The notes under the pieces: model-generated
Told to the model about the DNA's origin: nothing
What the model saw: only the letters and a program-made list of their open reading frames with translations
Databases searched by the model: none
Shown here: piece after piece, positions 48,139-60,144 of the stretch
Layout of the letters: every line of letters starts with the position of its first letter
Position numbering within the stretch: the stretch's first letter is position 1
Position numbers and translations under genes: made by a program
DNA from: Chiloscyllium plagiosum
Taxonomy: Eukaryota
Length of the DNA: 63,569 nt
Direction: 5' to 3'
Assembly (NCBI RefSeq): GCF_004010195.1
Contig: NC_057750.1
Coordinates: forward strand, 16,617,733-16,681,301

Positions 48139-49395
48139 ATTCTGGATTAGTGGTGCTGGAAGAGCATAACAGTTCAGGCAGCGTCCGAGGAGCTCATCAG
48201 GAATATAGGCAAAAGCCCATAATCAGGAATACAGGCAGAGAGCCTGAAGGGTGGAGAGATAAGTGAGAGGAGGGTGGGGGTGGGGAGAAAGTAGCATAGA
48301 CTACAATAGGTGAGTNNNNNNNNNNNNNNNNNNNNNNNNNNNNNNNNNNNNNNNNNNNNNNNNNNNNNNNNNNNNNNNNNNNNNNNNNNNNNNNNNNNNN
48401 NNNNNNNNNNNNNNNNNNNNNNNNNNNNNNNNNNNNNNNNNNNNNNNNNNNNNNNNNNNNNNNNNNNNNNNNNNNNNNNNNNNNNNNNNNNNNNNNNNNN
48501 NNNNNNNNNNNNNNNNNNNNNNNNNNNNNNNNNNNNNNNNNNNNNNNNNNNNNNNNNNNNNNNNNNNNNNNNNNNNNNNNNNNNNNNNNNNNNNNNNNNN
48601 NNNNNNNNNNNNNNNNNNNNNNNNNNNNNNNNNNNNNNNNNNNNNNNNNNNNNNNNNNNNNNNNNNNNNNNNNNNNNNNNNNNNNNNNNNNNNNNNNNNN
48701 NNNNNNNNNNNNNNNNNNNNNNNNNNNNNNNNNNNNNNNNNNNNNNNNNNNNNNNNNNNNNNNNNNNNNNNNNNNNNNNNNNNNNNNNNNNNNNNNNNNN
48801 NNNNNNNNNNNNNNNNNNNNNNNNNNNNNNNNNNNNNNNNNNNNNNNNNNNNNNNNNNNNNNNNNNNNNNNNNNNNNNNNNNNNNNNNNNNNNNNNNNNN
48901 NNNNNNNNNNNNNNNNNNNNNNNNNNNNNNNNNNNNNNNNNNNNNNNNNNNNNNNNNNNNNNNNNNNNNNNNNNNNNNNNNNNNNNNNNNNNNNNNNNNN
49001 NNNNNNNNNNNNNNNNNNNNNNNNNNNNNNNNNNNNNNNNNNNNNNNNNNNNNNNNNNNNNNNNNNNNNNNNNNNNNNNNNNNNNNNNNNNNNNNNNNNN
49101 NNNNNNNNNNNNNNNNNNNNNNNNNNNNNNNNNNCCCTTCCCTTTCCCCCTCCGACCTATCACCTTCATCCCCTCCCCCACTCACCTATTGTATTCTATG
49201 CTACTTTCTCCCCACCCCTACCCTTCTCTCACTTATCACTCCACCTTTCAGGCTCTCTGCCTGTATTCCTGATAAAGGGCTTTTGTCCGAAACGTCGATT
49301 TTACTGCTCCTCGGATGCTGCCTGAACTGTTTTGCTCTTCCAGCACCACTAATCCAGAATCTGGTTTCCAGCATCTGCAGTCATTGGTTTTACCT
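48139..49395. mobile_element. PLE family A variant with inverted terminal repeats spanning a gap, inserted in a Deu-SINE
   Basis: 48139-48315 is inverted to ~49180-49365; TSD aacat(g/a)tagaccag 48125-48138 and 49396-49409; ctgataaagggcttttgtccgaaacgtc at ~49269. Confidence 0.85.
48316..49134. other. Assembly gap (N run)
   Basis: N bases. Confidence 1.
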
Positions 49396-49543
49396 AACAT
49401 ATAGACCAGGCCAAAGCATAATTTCATTGACTTAAAATGCTTTGGGGTGATTAGCGTTTGCAAAGGGCAAGTTCTTCTCTTGAATCGATTCAGGAGATTG
49501 AAAGTTCAAACTTCACTCCAGGTTATAGGCTGCTGTCAGAGTG

Positions 49544-49736
49544 GACAGTGAGGACTGCAGATGCTGGAGATCAGAGCTGAAAATGTGTTGCTGGAAAAGC
49601 GCAGCAGGTCAGGCAGCATCCAAGGAGCAGGAGAATCGACGTTTCGGGCACGAGCCCTTCTTCAGGAATCCTGCTCGATTCTCCTACTCCTTGGATGCTG
49701 CCTCACCTGCTGCGCTTTTTCAGCAACACATTTTCA
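49544..49736. mobile_element. PLE family A fold-back mini-element
   Basis: Inverted arms; exact 15-bp TSD gctgctgtcagagtg 49529-49543 and 49737-49751. Confidence 0.9.
49634..49669 (-). ncRNA. Minimal hammerhead ribozyme, intact core (family A)
   Basis: Reverse complement attc-CTGAAGA-a-gggc-tcgt-gccc-GAAA-cg-TC-gatt. Confidence 0.75.
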
Positions 49737-50419
49737 GCTGCTGTCAGAGTGACCATGTTTTACAAACCAGAATAGACTGTTAGCAATTGACACAAACACT
49801 CTATCATCATGTCCACACCCAAGCCCAACTCCCATTATATCCATCTCAACCCTATTTCCAATTTACTTTGGGAACTTATTTAACCATCAAGGTGAAAGAT
49901 GCCCGAACTGGAATTGGAACATATTCAAATTGTGCCTCAGCTAAGTCTGAGCTACAGAACAATTAAATAAGCAGTAAAGCTTCCCTGACCACCTCCCAGT
50001 GTGATTTAACATCATGAAGGATCCGTTGACCTTTAAGAAATAATGCTGTGTTTTGGTCTATCACAACTGAGAATGGCGCAACCCGGTCTCCTGCAGACTC
50101 ATTTATCAATATACAGAGTGGAACTGGATTCAACACAGAGCCTAGTTGTGAAGAAGTAGTATTGTGTCATTGAAAGACAGGTTTAGGGGATTGGATGAGT
50201 TAGCCACTATCTTTTGATTCCCTGTGGCAGGATGAACAGTGCCTCTGCTAATTATTTTAATCTACATTGATTCCTATAACACAATGATCTCTTTCATTTT
50301 AAGTGCCACTCAGACAGACCTAATTCCCTTTAATCCAATCCCAAATGTGGCTGTGTAAATGGTAGAAGGTTTTTGGTGAGTGGAACTTGCTCCATGAGGT
50401 CACCTTTGAAAGTGAGGAA

Positions 50420-50810
50420 ACCATGGATTTGCAGGCATTTTTTCCGTTTGTTCATGGGATCTGTAGTTGCTGGGTGGGCCAGCATTTGATGCATTTTGCT
50501 AAATGCCTCTTGAGCAGGTGGTACCTTTTTGAGCTGCTGCTGTCCATGTGGTATCAGGACACACACAGTGGGAGGGAGTTCAAGGATTTTGAGCCAGTGA
50601 CACTGAAGGAACAGTGATATATTGACAAGTCAGGGTGGCATTTGAGTTAGAGGGGAATTTTCAGGTGGTGGTATTCCCATGTACCTTCTGTCCTTATCCT
50701 TCTGGATGGTAGAGGTCATGGGTTGCAAAATGCCTTTGATGGATCCTTGGTGAGTTCCTGCAGCCCGTTTTGTGGATGGTACAGACTGCCACTACTGAGC
50801 ATTGGTGAAC
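50420..50810 (-). mobile_element. LINE family 2 3' end
   Basis: gggccagcattt...gggagggagttcaaggattttgagccagtgacactgaaggaacagtgatata...ttctggatggtagaggtcatggg; another copy at 52005-52260. Confidence 0.75.
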
Positions 50811-52291
50811 ACAAAAGGCTTGTGTTTCAATAGTGCCTTCATAACATTGCAAAGTTTTATAACCAATGAAGTGCAGTCACTGTTGACATGTAACAATCAA
50901 TGTATGCACAGCAAGATTCCAGAAATGGAAATGTAATTTTGACCAGATAGCCAGTTTTCAGATGTTAGTAAAGAGGTAAAGATTGGTCACAATACGTAAA
51001 GAATACCAGTGGATCCCTTACCAGAGAAAGTAGCTAGGACCTCAATAAATGTTACATTTGAAAGACAGTGTAGCACTCCATCACATGCATGGACGGCTGC
51101 ATCTAATTTGTGATCAGATATCTAGAGGAAGGCTTGAACCATCAGCCTTCTGACTCAGTAGTGAGAGAGCTACTCTCTGTCCAATGTCAGGGAACTGATC
51201 ATTACAGAATTGAGCGGGGACAAAGTCATTTTGCCCAATACTGTATCCTTGAAAGAGCTTTCCGATGGTCCCATCTTCCTGCTCATTCCTCATGGCTCTC
51301 AAAGGAGTAATGTCCCAGGATGGGTCCCCTGAGGTGACATCTGCCCAGGTGGCTTCAATTAGCCTCAGATACAAAATGAAGCTATTCCAAAGTGAAAAAT
51401 TGAGAAAAAAAAATCTCGACTTGCAGTGAGCTGTGGAGAGTTGAAAGCCAATATATAACTCACTTGCTCACAACCTCATTCAGATGAGCCATGAACAGTT
51501 AAAAATCAACAAGGCCATTCATTGGCAATGCACTGAGGGATAACACATCAAGCCTAATGGCTAATGTGTCATCAGTTTGGCCTCTTTCTGTAGCCCAGCA
51601 CTGACCCTAAGCTCTCTGCATGGGAGAGTAGATTCTGCTGCTGACATGATCTCTGGTGAGTTACTAAGAAACAAGACACAGTTACAGGCTTATACATCTC
51701 TCTTGTTTCCCAGGGATTGATAGAGAAGCCACTGCTATAGTCAGTAAAACATGATACTCCCCCAGTGCGTATTTCCTGAGGCTGGTTCCTTTGTTCAATT
51801 TGAGATCTGGTTATTGATCAAAGGTTAACTTCTGGTCTCACAGAAGGTTGCAGTGGAGAACTGAGCTATCGTGTTTCACACCCAACCTGCCATTCTGCTG
51901 ACTCTGTGATGCAAGGCACTACCCAGTCTGCTGCCAAGGAATTCCAGGCCAGGAAGGCGGGGTGATTTGGTCAAACTGTGTATGAGCTTTCCGGGGAGAT
52001 GCTTTTCAAAAATTCATCATGGGCACCACTGGCTGGGCGATCATTTATTGCCCATCCTCGATGCCCTTTAGAAGGTGGTGGTAAGCTGCCTTCTTGAACT
52101 ACTGCAATCCCTGTACTGTAGGACATCCACAGTGCCCTTAGGCATGGAGTTCCAGGATTTCATTCCAGTAACACTGGAAGAACGGTGTATATTTCCAAGC
52201 CAGGATGGTCTATAGCTTGGAGGGAAATCTAGAGATGAAGATGCCTTCACTCACCTGCTTCGTTTGCTCTTTTAGCTGTTGGAAGTTTAAG

Positions 52292-52447
52292 ATTAAAAAT
52301 CACACAACACCAGGTTATAGTCCAACAGGTTTAATTGGAAGCACACTAGCTCTCAGACCTGACTACCACCTGATGAAGGAGCGTCGCTCCGAAAGCTAGT
52401 ATGCTTCCAATTAAACCTGTTGGACTATAACCTGGTGTTGTGTGATT
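52292..52447. mobile_element. PLE family B fold-back mini-element
   Basis: aatcacacaacaccaggttatagtccaacaggtttaattggaagca / tgcttccaattaaacctgttggactataacctggtgttgtgtgatt, perfect arms. Confidence 0.88.
52366..52401 (+). ncRNA. Minimal hammerhead ribozyme, intact core (family B)
   Basis: cac-CTGATGA-a-ggagc-gtc-gctcc-GAAA-gc-TA-gt. Confidence 0.75.
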
Positions 52448-53154
52448 CTGCGGTATACTCTAATAATGGTACACTCTACAGTCAACAAGTGTCAGTGAAA
52501 TGTTAAGGTGATGGGTGGGGTGACCGATAAGCTCCATGAGTTTCAGGATTTTTGGAAATTGTGTCAGGTGCTACGTAGATGCAACTCTTCTTTCCTCTTG
52601 GGCACTGCGTGCTATTGCTCACATTAATTGCAATGATGTTTCATAACATCCAATTATTCTGATGCTTCAATGGAAGCTTGTTTATGTTAACCTGTTCCTT
52701 CAGGCCACAGAATCTCATTCAAAAAACCAATCCTCCATCAATGTGTGTTTTTTTTTGCTGGTGTTGACAGGAGTTTATAGTCAGGCTGTTGTATGTAACT
52801 TCTTAGCTCAGGGTCGGAAAGAATTTACAAAAAACAACTGATTCATATTTTGTTTGGAAAGCAGAACCCTGAAGAATCCTGCACACCAAAGGCAGTACTC
52901 CGCAACTCCCCTGAGCACATGAACCAATGTTAACAGGACATCTCGAGCTCAGATATAAATTCATTCTAAAAGCTAATCCGAGAGCCTGTAAGTTAGAGTA
53001 AGGAAGAGAAAACCAACCTTGGTCAGACTCAGATGAAGAAGTCTCTTTCATCAACCGATCGCGATATTTGAGGAAGAGCAGGTCAGGTCCCTGCCATGCG
53101 AGTGAGCCAGCCAGAAAGCTGTTTCCTTTGTCCTAACCCTGACTTTCCAGCTTT

Positions 53155-53530
53155 ATTATTCATACATGAGACATGGGTATTCCTGACAAGAACATCATGT
53201 GTTGCCCGTTCCTAATTTCCATTCCAGACCATTTTAGAAGACAATTAAGAGCTAATCCCATTGCTGTGAGTCTGAAGTCACATGTGGGCCAGGCCAGGTG
53301 AGGACAGCAGATTTTCTAAAGATCCTTAGTGAACCAGATGTGGTTTTAAGAACAATCAGTGAGTGTTTCAGGGTGGCCATCAGGTTAACCTTTTCTTTTA
53401 ACAATTCCAGAGTTCACTGAATTCAGATTTTGCCATTTACCATGATGGGATTCGAACCCCTTGTCCCAAAGCGTTTGCCTTCAGCTCTGGATCACTAGTC
53501 GAGTGACATTGCCACTACGTCACCACCTAC
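53155..53530 (-). mobile_element. tRNA-like SINE family 3
   Basis: cattgctgtgagtctgaagtcacatgtgggccaggccaggtgaggacagcagattt...gggattcgaaccc...ctctggatcactagt. Confidence 0.75.
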
Positions 53531-54798
53531 TTTTATCTCCAATATCTGCAATTGCAGCAACCAGCAGATCAAGTTAAGCATAGGTTCAAAATCGTATCTG
53601 GGATGAGGACTGGACGATGAATGATTTGTTGCCTCACTGGCGAGACCGGAAATAGAAGCAGTGGTAAATTGCCAGTTAATGAAAATCACCTCCCCTAAAT
53701 AAAACACAGTTAATATAAAATTAACATAGGCTTGCTATCTTTTCTCTTGCCTGTGAGATCATTAGTCCATACGTACTAGCGTCTCAGGGACAGGAAGGGG
53801 GATAATTCAAGGGAAATCTTAAATGTCATCTCTTGCTCAGTGCAGAGCTGCCAGAACCAGTTGTTTATTTGCTCTCTGGGTTGTCTGGCCAGTCGTGAGG
53901 GACCCTGTCAGGTGCATTGTAACTCCTTGTTCCTGTGAGGTAAACTTGGGCCTGGAGTCTAGCCCAAAGAAAACATCTTGCTGGACTGAAAAGTGTGGTT
54001 GATCCAAAGAATGGCACAAGTTTTACTTCCAGAAATATCATCTGCCTGACAGTGTCCACTCAGCAATGCGATTGGAGATCCTAAAGAACCTTCCTGTCCA
54101 GAGCTGAAGGAACATTCTTGAGCCCGAAACTCAAGCATGGAATCCAAGCTGACCCTCCACCCTGAATTGAGGGAGTGCTGTCTCTTGGATGCAACACCAA
54201 ACCAAGGTCTTAACTGCCCACTCCCAGGATGGGTTCAGAGATCTTTTGTCTCTGTTTTGAAGTCTTTCTAAAAGTCCCCACCAATATTGCTGTAATGCGG
54301 ATTTTTCAGGTGCTTTTTATTTTGTCCATGGAATGTGAGTATTGCTGACTAATTTGACATATATTGACCATCCTAATTGTCCAGAGGGTAGTTAAGAGTC
54401 AACCACATTGCTGCCATCCCAACTTACTTCAGAAGCTCATCTATGTATCCATCCACTCCATATCATTATAATAGCGACTCCTCAGCTAATAAAAGAACAG
54501 AGATTGCTGGTGGAACTCAGCAGGCTTGGCAGCATCTGTGGACAGAAAGCAGAGTCAATGTTTTGAGTCCATTGAATTGGGGGGGAACACAGAGGGATAA
54601 AATTAAGACTTTGATGAGGACAGGGCATTCAGCATTGGAGGGTGGGGGGAGCCAGAGAGAAGTTGTTTCGCTCTATGGGATCTTGCTGTGTGCAAATTAG
54701 CTTCCACACATTACTGTAACTTTGCTTCGAATCTACTGAATGCAATCTCTTTGTCCTGTGGCTCTGAAAGGTCTCCCTTGCCCTCTTGCTCCGGTTGT

Positions 54799-55215
54799 TT
54801 TTTTTAGATTAGATTAGATTACAGTGTGGAAACAGGCCCTTTGGCCCAACAAGTCCACACCGACCCGCCGAAGCGAAACCCACCCATACCCCTACATTTA
54901 CCCCTTACCTAACACTACGGGCAATTTAGTATGGCCAATTCACCTAACCTGCACATCTTTGGACTGTGGGAGGAAACCGGAGCACCCGGAGGAAACCCAC
55001 ACAGACACGGGGAGAACGTGCAAACTCCACACAGTCAGTCGCCTGAGTCGGGAATTGAACCCGGGTCTCTGGCGCTGCGAGGCAGCAGTGCTAACCACTG
55101 TACCACCGTGCCGCCCACTATGAATGTAGGTTAGATTACTTACAGTGTGGAAACAGGCCCTTCGGCCCAACAAGTCCACACCGACCCGCCGAAGCGCAAC
55201 CCACCCATACCCCTA
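54799..55215 (-). mobile_element. Full HE1 SINE (54799-55117) plus adjacent HE1 3' fragment (55132-55215)
   Basis: Two copies of ttacagtgtggaaacaggccct..cccaacaagtccacaccgacccgccgaagcg; flanking cggttgt at 54792-54798 and 55216-55222. Confidence 0.93.
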
Positions 55216-55407
55216 CGGTTGTATCCGTCCTCAGCAGATTCCTCCATGGCCTGGCTTCTTCTAGACCAACATAGCAGCTGAGAGTTGGGCTAACAGCAGC
55301 CCCCACCTGAGAGCACCTCCGGGGCTCCAGAAGGAATAGACTCGAAGATACAGCACCATGTGGACCTCGAGAATCAAACTGAAGTGGTAGTGGATAAGCT
55401 GATTTCC

Positions 55408-55540
55408 CAATTCCTGATGAAGGGTTTTTGCCCGCAACATTGTTTTCTTGCTTCTCAGATGCTGCCTGACCTTCTGTGCTTTTCCAGCACCTCACTGTTG
55501 ACTCTAATCTCCAGCATCTGCACCCCTCACTTTTGCCTGA
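55408..55540 (+). mobile_element. PLE family A remnant starting at hammerhead core
   Basis: aattcCTGATGAagggtttttgcccgcaac...gatgctgcctgacc..tccagcatctgca; flanked by ctgatttc. Confidence 0.8.
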
Positions 55541-55954
55541 TTTCAACCAATCAGCTGTCTGAGGTGCCATACTTCAGATGTGAGCTTAGACCGTCAATGT
55601 TGGCAGGCTGTTTGACCATGTGGTGCACCATGGGCCTGGTTTTTATGTTTTTGACCTTGATGTTCAGATGTACGCAATTTCAGCACAGAATCACAGATCA
55701 GGACAAGGAGCCTCGTCATACTGAGGCCATATCTGCTGGATATCTGACATCATAGATCAATAATAGGGACCTGTAGCCCACTGGGCAGCAATATCAGTAG
55801 GGGTGAGCCATCCAAGCAGCTGGTTGCAAATGAGTGGCTAGCGTACTCAACATTTTCCAGTGTTTCAATGGATAAAGGCCCAAGTCCACCATTTCTCCCA
55901 CTGACACAATTCAGTTTGACTTTCTGAGGTAGAAGTCATTTCATCAAGTGCCTT

Positions 55955-56225
55955 ATAGAACCGTAGAATCCCTGTAGTGTGGAAGCAGGCCATTTGGCCG
56001 ATTGGATCCGCACTGACCCACCAAAGAGTAATCCATCCAGACCCATCTCCTCTCTCCAATCCCTGTAACCCTGCATTTCCCATGGTTTACCAACCCAGCC
56101 TGTGCATCCCTGAACATTATGGATAATTTAGCATGGCCAACCCACCTAACCTGCACATCTTTGGATTGTGGGAGGAAACCAGAGCACCCGGAGAAAACCC
56201 ACGCAGACATGGGGAGAATGTGCAA
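55955..56225 (-). mobile_element. HE1 SINE, 5' truncated
   Basis: V-domain reverse complement; tagaaccgtagaatcc tail. Confidence 0.88.
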
Positions 56226-56619
56226 TCAAACCTGGGTGAGACTGTGTAAAGGAAGGGGTTTTGAACTCGGGCAGCGAATATTTGTCACTCTGAAGCTAGC
56301 GTTGAAAGCAGTGCCTGCTGTGGCTCAGCAGACCACTGGCCCGCTCTGGGTCAGGAGACTGTAGCTGCAAACCACAAATCAGAAACTGGAGAACGTGAAC
56401 TCAGCTGACATACCTGTTCAAAAGTGCAAGAGTGCTTTATTATCCGAGAGGGTTAAACAAAGGCCCATCTCTTCCCAAATATGGATGGCATTATTTCAAA
56501 GAAGTGCAGGAGGCCCCACTTAGAATCCTGCTCAATATTTACCCCTGAAGGATGATGGAAGCAGATTAATTGATAGTTTTCTAAATGCAGTGGATAAGTA
56601 CTTGAGGGGATTATGGAGA

Positions 56620-57530
56620 AAGGACAGAACAGGAACAGCCATTCAGCCCACTATGTCTGTGTCGACCATGATGCCATTCTAAACGAATCCCATCTGCCTG
56701 CACGTGGTACCTCTATTCTCTGTCTGTCTATCTAAATGTTTCATAAACATTGCTTTTATATCTGCTTTTACCACCTCTCCTGGTGGCATGTTCCAGGCAT
56801 CTACCACCTTGACTTGTAAGTCTCCTTTAAACCTTTCCCTTCTCACCTTACATGTATGCTCCCTGCTATTTGACAGTTCCACCTTGGGAAAGAGACCCTG
56901 ACTACTCACTCGATTCAAGCCTCTCAAAATTTTACACACTTCTATCAGGTCGGCCCTCAACCTCCAATGCTCTCGCGAAAACAATCAAAATTTGTCCAAC
57001 TACTCCTAATAGCTAATATATTCCAATCCGTCCAATATCCTGGTGACTCTCTTTTGCACCCTCTCCAAAGCCTCCACATCTTTCCTGCAATGTGGTGATC
57101 AAAACTGCACACAATATTACAGATTTGGCCTACTTAAAATCTCATATAGCCTCAACATGACTTGCCAAATTTTATACTCAGTGCCCCAACTGATGAAGGC
57201 AAGCATGTTACACCTTCCTTACACCTTATCCATGACATGTAGCCTAAGATCCCTCTGTATATCAATACTCCTAAGGGTCTTGCCATTTACCATATACTGT
57301 CCTCTTGTATTGACTGCACAAAATGCATCACTTCACACTTGTTCAGATTAAACTCCATCTGACATTTCTCTGCCCAACTTTCCAATGAGCCTATGTCCTG
57401 CTATTTCCTTTGATAACCTTCCTCACTATTCACAGCTCCATCAATTTCAATGTCATCTGCAAACATACTTAATCACGTCATCTACATTTTCATCCAAATC
57501 ATATTGATATATTACAAATAACAAACAGCA
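56620..57530 (-). mobile_element. CR1 LINE 3' region, degraded
   Basis: 56679-56984(-) FSREHWRLRADLIEVCKILRGL; tcaatgtcatctgcaaaca (FADD on - strand) near 57450. Confidence 0.85.
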
Positions 57531-57684
57531 GAGGAATGGAGCCAATTGGATAACCCTCAGAGAGCTGGAATGTGCATGAGGGGCCAAATGGTCTTCTTCT
57601 GAGCTGTATAATTCACGATTCTTAGCAATGGGGGATAGAGATAATGATAGGACTGATTTTGTGAAGGAGGAGTGTAATTGTGGG

Positions 57685-57785
57685 TCTGAAGAAGGGTCAA
57701 CAAGCCTGAAATTTTAACTCTGCTTTCTCTCCACAGATGCTGTCTGACCTGACCTGCTGAGTTTTTCGAGCAATTTTTGATTTTA
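57685..57785 (+). mobile_element. PLE family C remnant
   Basis: tCTGAAGAagggtcaacaagcctGAAAttttaactctgctttctctccacagatgctg; further pieces at 30405-30515, 30650-30740, 54490-54575(-), 58105-58185. Confidence 0.7.
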
Positions 57786-58224
57786 TTATTGTGGCTCAGT
57801 GGGAATGAGGATTTGAGATGAACATCAGTTCAGCCAAAATCATTTTAATGGTAGAGCAGGCTCATGGCCAAATGGCCTATTCCTATTCCTGTTTGTGTGT
57901 TCCCCCTACATCTTTATATGGGAGACAGGAAGTCTGGGTGCACAACTCACTGTTTTAATAATAGAAACTCATGAGCAACATTGCACTTGAGTAAGATTCC
58001 CCATCTCCCACATGATCAGCCCACATGATGTAAGACATTGACTTATCCCTGTAGCCAGTGAGAGACACAGCTCAGCAAGAGCTATGCCATTATACATCAT
58101 ACAGGACTCAAAATTCTAACACTGTTTTCTCTCCACATATGCTGCCAGATCTGCTGATTTTCTCCAGCAGTTTTTGCTTTTATTTAAGAGCTACATTATC
58201 TCTGAACTGTTCTCACCCTTCTCC

Positions 58225-58505
58225 ATAGAATCATAGTCTGTAAACAGGCCCTTCAGCCCAAAAAGTCCACACTGACTCTCTGAACAGTAACCCACCCAGA
58301 CCCATTCCCCCTACCCTATATTTACCTTGGACTAATGCACCTACCCCACACATCCCTGAACACAATGGGCAACTTAGCATGGCTTTCACCTAACCTGCAC
58401 ATCTGTGGACTGTTGGAGGTAACCGGAGCACCCAAAGGAAACCCACACAGACAGTTACCCAAGGGTGAAATCAAACCTGAGTTCCTAGCCTGTGCTAACC
58501 ACTGA
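58225..58505 (-). mobile_element. HE1 SINE
   Basis: aacaggcccttcagccca..gggcaacttagcatggc..aacctgcacatc..gctaaccactga. Confidence 0.88.
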
Positions 58506-59134
58506 AAGAACCTTTGGAAGAACAATTTTCAAGGTACGTGGGTTATACCAACTGTAGTGGAAAGATAACTTGCTCTGTTCATGTCTCTACAACATTGCAG
58601 AGCAAGAGGTAATGTTGAAGTGTTGTAACATAGAAATCACAGTAACCAATGCGTGCATAGCAAACTCCGACGCGCATCAATGGGAGGTAATGACCAGTTA
58701 ATCAAAATTTACTGAAGATGGTGAAGGGATAAATGATGAGCAGGCTTGAGCTTACAACCTTATGATCCTGACGTGAGAGCACGACCTTCAGACCCGAGGT
58801 GACACTTTGTATTGCTACTGACTAGTTCTCAGCACTGGTGGCATTCTCTGCAGCCTGTCTGGTTGTATGAGAGACTGACAGACAGACACAGTGCACAGGA
58901 AGGACATATTCCAGACACTTTTAGGAAATGAGACTTGCCTGAAGTATATGCACAGCAATCTATCTTGAAACATTCCCATGGGATTCTATTTTTCTATGAC
59001 ATCACAAGTTTAGATCATTGGTGATAGTCCATGTCCAATAGTGAAGTAGGTACGATACAACTACAGAACTAGTATGTGTCACAATGTAAGAACTAAGTAC
59101 AGGTACACTGTGCAGCCCCTGCCAGCCCGTCTCT

Positions 59135-59305
59135 CAGTTAAAATTCACACAACACCAGATTATAGTCCAACAGGTTTATTTGGAAATATTAGCTTTTGGA
59201 GTGCTGCTCCTTCATTAGGTAGCTGTGGAGCAGGACCATATGACACAGAATGTGTAGCAAAAGATTACAGTGTCATGCAAGTGAAAGGATATATTGTACA
59301 ACCTC
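59135..59305 (-). mobile_element. PLE family B remnant
   Basis: agttaaaattcacacaacaccagattatagtccaacaggtttatttgga..tagcttttggagtgctgctccttcattagg. Confidence 0.8.
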
Positions 59306-59709
59306 TAGTTAGAGTTACTGCCATTTTCCTAGTCAAAGAATAAAGGTCATGTTGTTTTAAGTGAAGCAAATCCAAATTTATTTTATGGCAAGGCTTATTT
59401 TTCTCTGTTGGCGATGTTTGCCAGTTTAACCCAGATCTCTCTCTCTCTCTCTCACGTACTGTGGCAGATATCTCACCTACAAACTGGACTGTGACTATAG
59501 AAACATGATATCTGGGTAATCCCATAGATTTATTACTGTATTTGTCTCATGAACTGTGGACTTTAGAATTGGAAGAGTCATTTAGTCAGAGCATGGTTAA
59601 AGTTATAAATTACCCAGATCAACAATAGGAAGATTCCACGCATTGCTACCTCAACATTTATCAGGTACAATGTAACAAAATTAACACTTACTACTGACAA
59701 TCAAGGAAA

Positions 59710-60100
59710 AGAACATGCATTAATGCAGCATTTTCTCCACATCAGCATGTCCCACAGCACTTCAGAATCAATGAAGCACTTTTGAAATGTAATAACTGTT
59801 GAAATGCAGCAGCCACATAAAAAGAGCAAGATTTCACACAGAACAATGATATATGCTCTATCAGGACATTATTAGGCACTCCTCTACTTATTCAGCTGTA
59901 TCACAGGGACTGTTATGTCAGCTCAGAAGGCAGAATGGACTTTGATTTAACAACTCACTCAAAGGAGGGCCCCTCTGACAGTATGGCATTCCTTCAGTAA
60001 TGGTCAGAAATGTCAGCCTTGATCTTCTGCTCAGGTCTCTGCACTGGGGAATGAAGCCACGAGCTTTGGACTGAGAGCCAGTGCTGAGCAACAGCTGAAC
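59710..60100 (-). mobile_element. Deu-domain SINE
   Basis: caatgaagcacttttgaaatgtaataactgttg..gcagcc...tgacagtatggcattccttcagtaatg..gtcagccttga; further copies at 43050-43330, 50815-51180, 56230-56600, 58540-58810. Confidence 0.6.
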
Positions 60101-60144
60101 CATTATACCTCAGACTTCTATTTGGCTCCAAGCTGCTCACTAAG

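Noticed and set aside
53830..54130. Possible L1/Tx1-like coding relic on minus strand
   Set aside because: Resemblance is too weak to support without a search.
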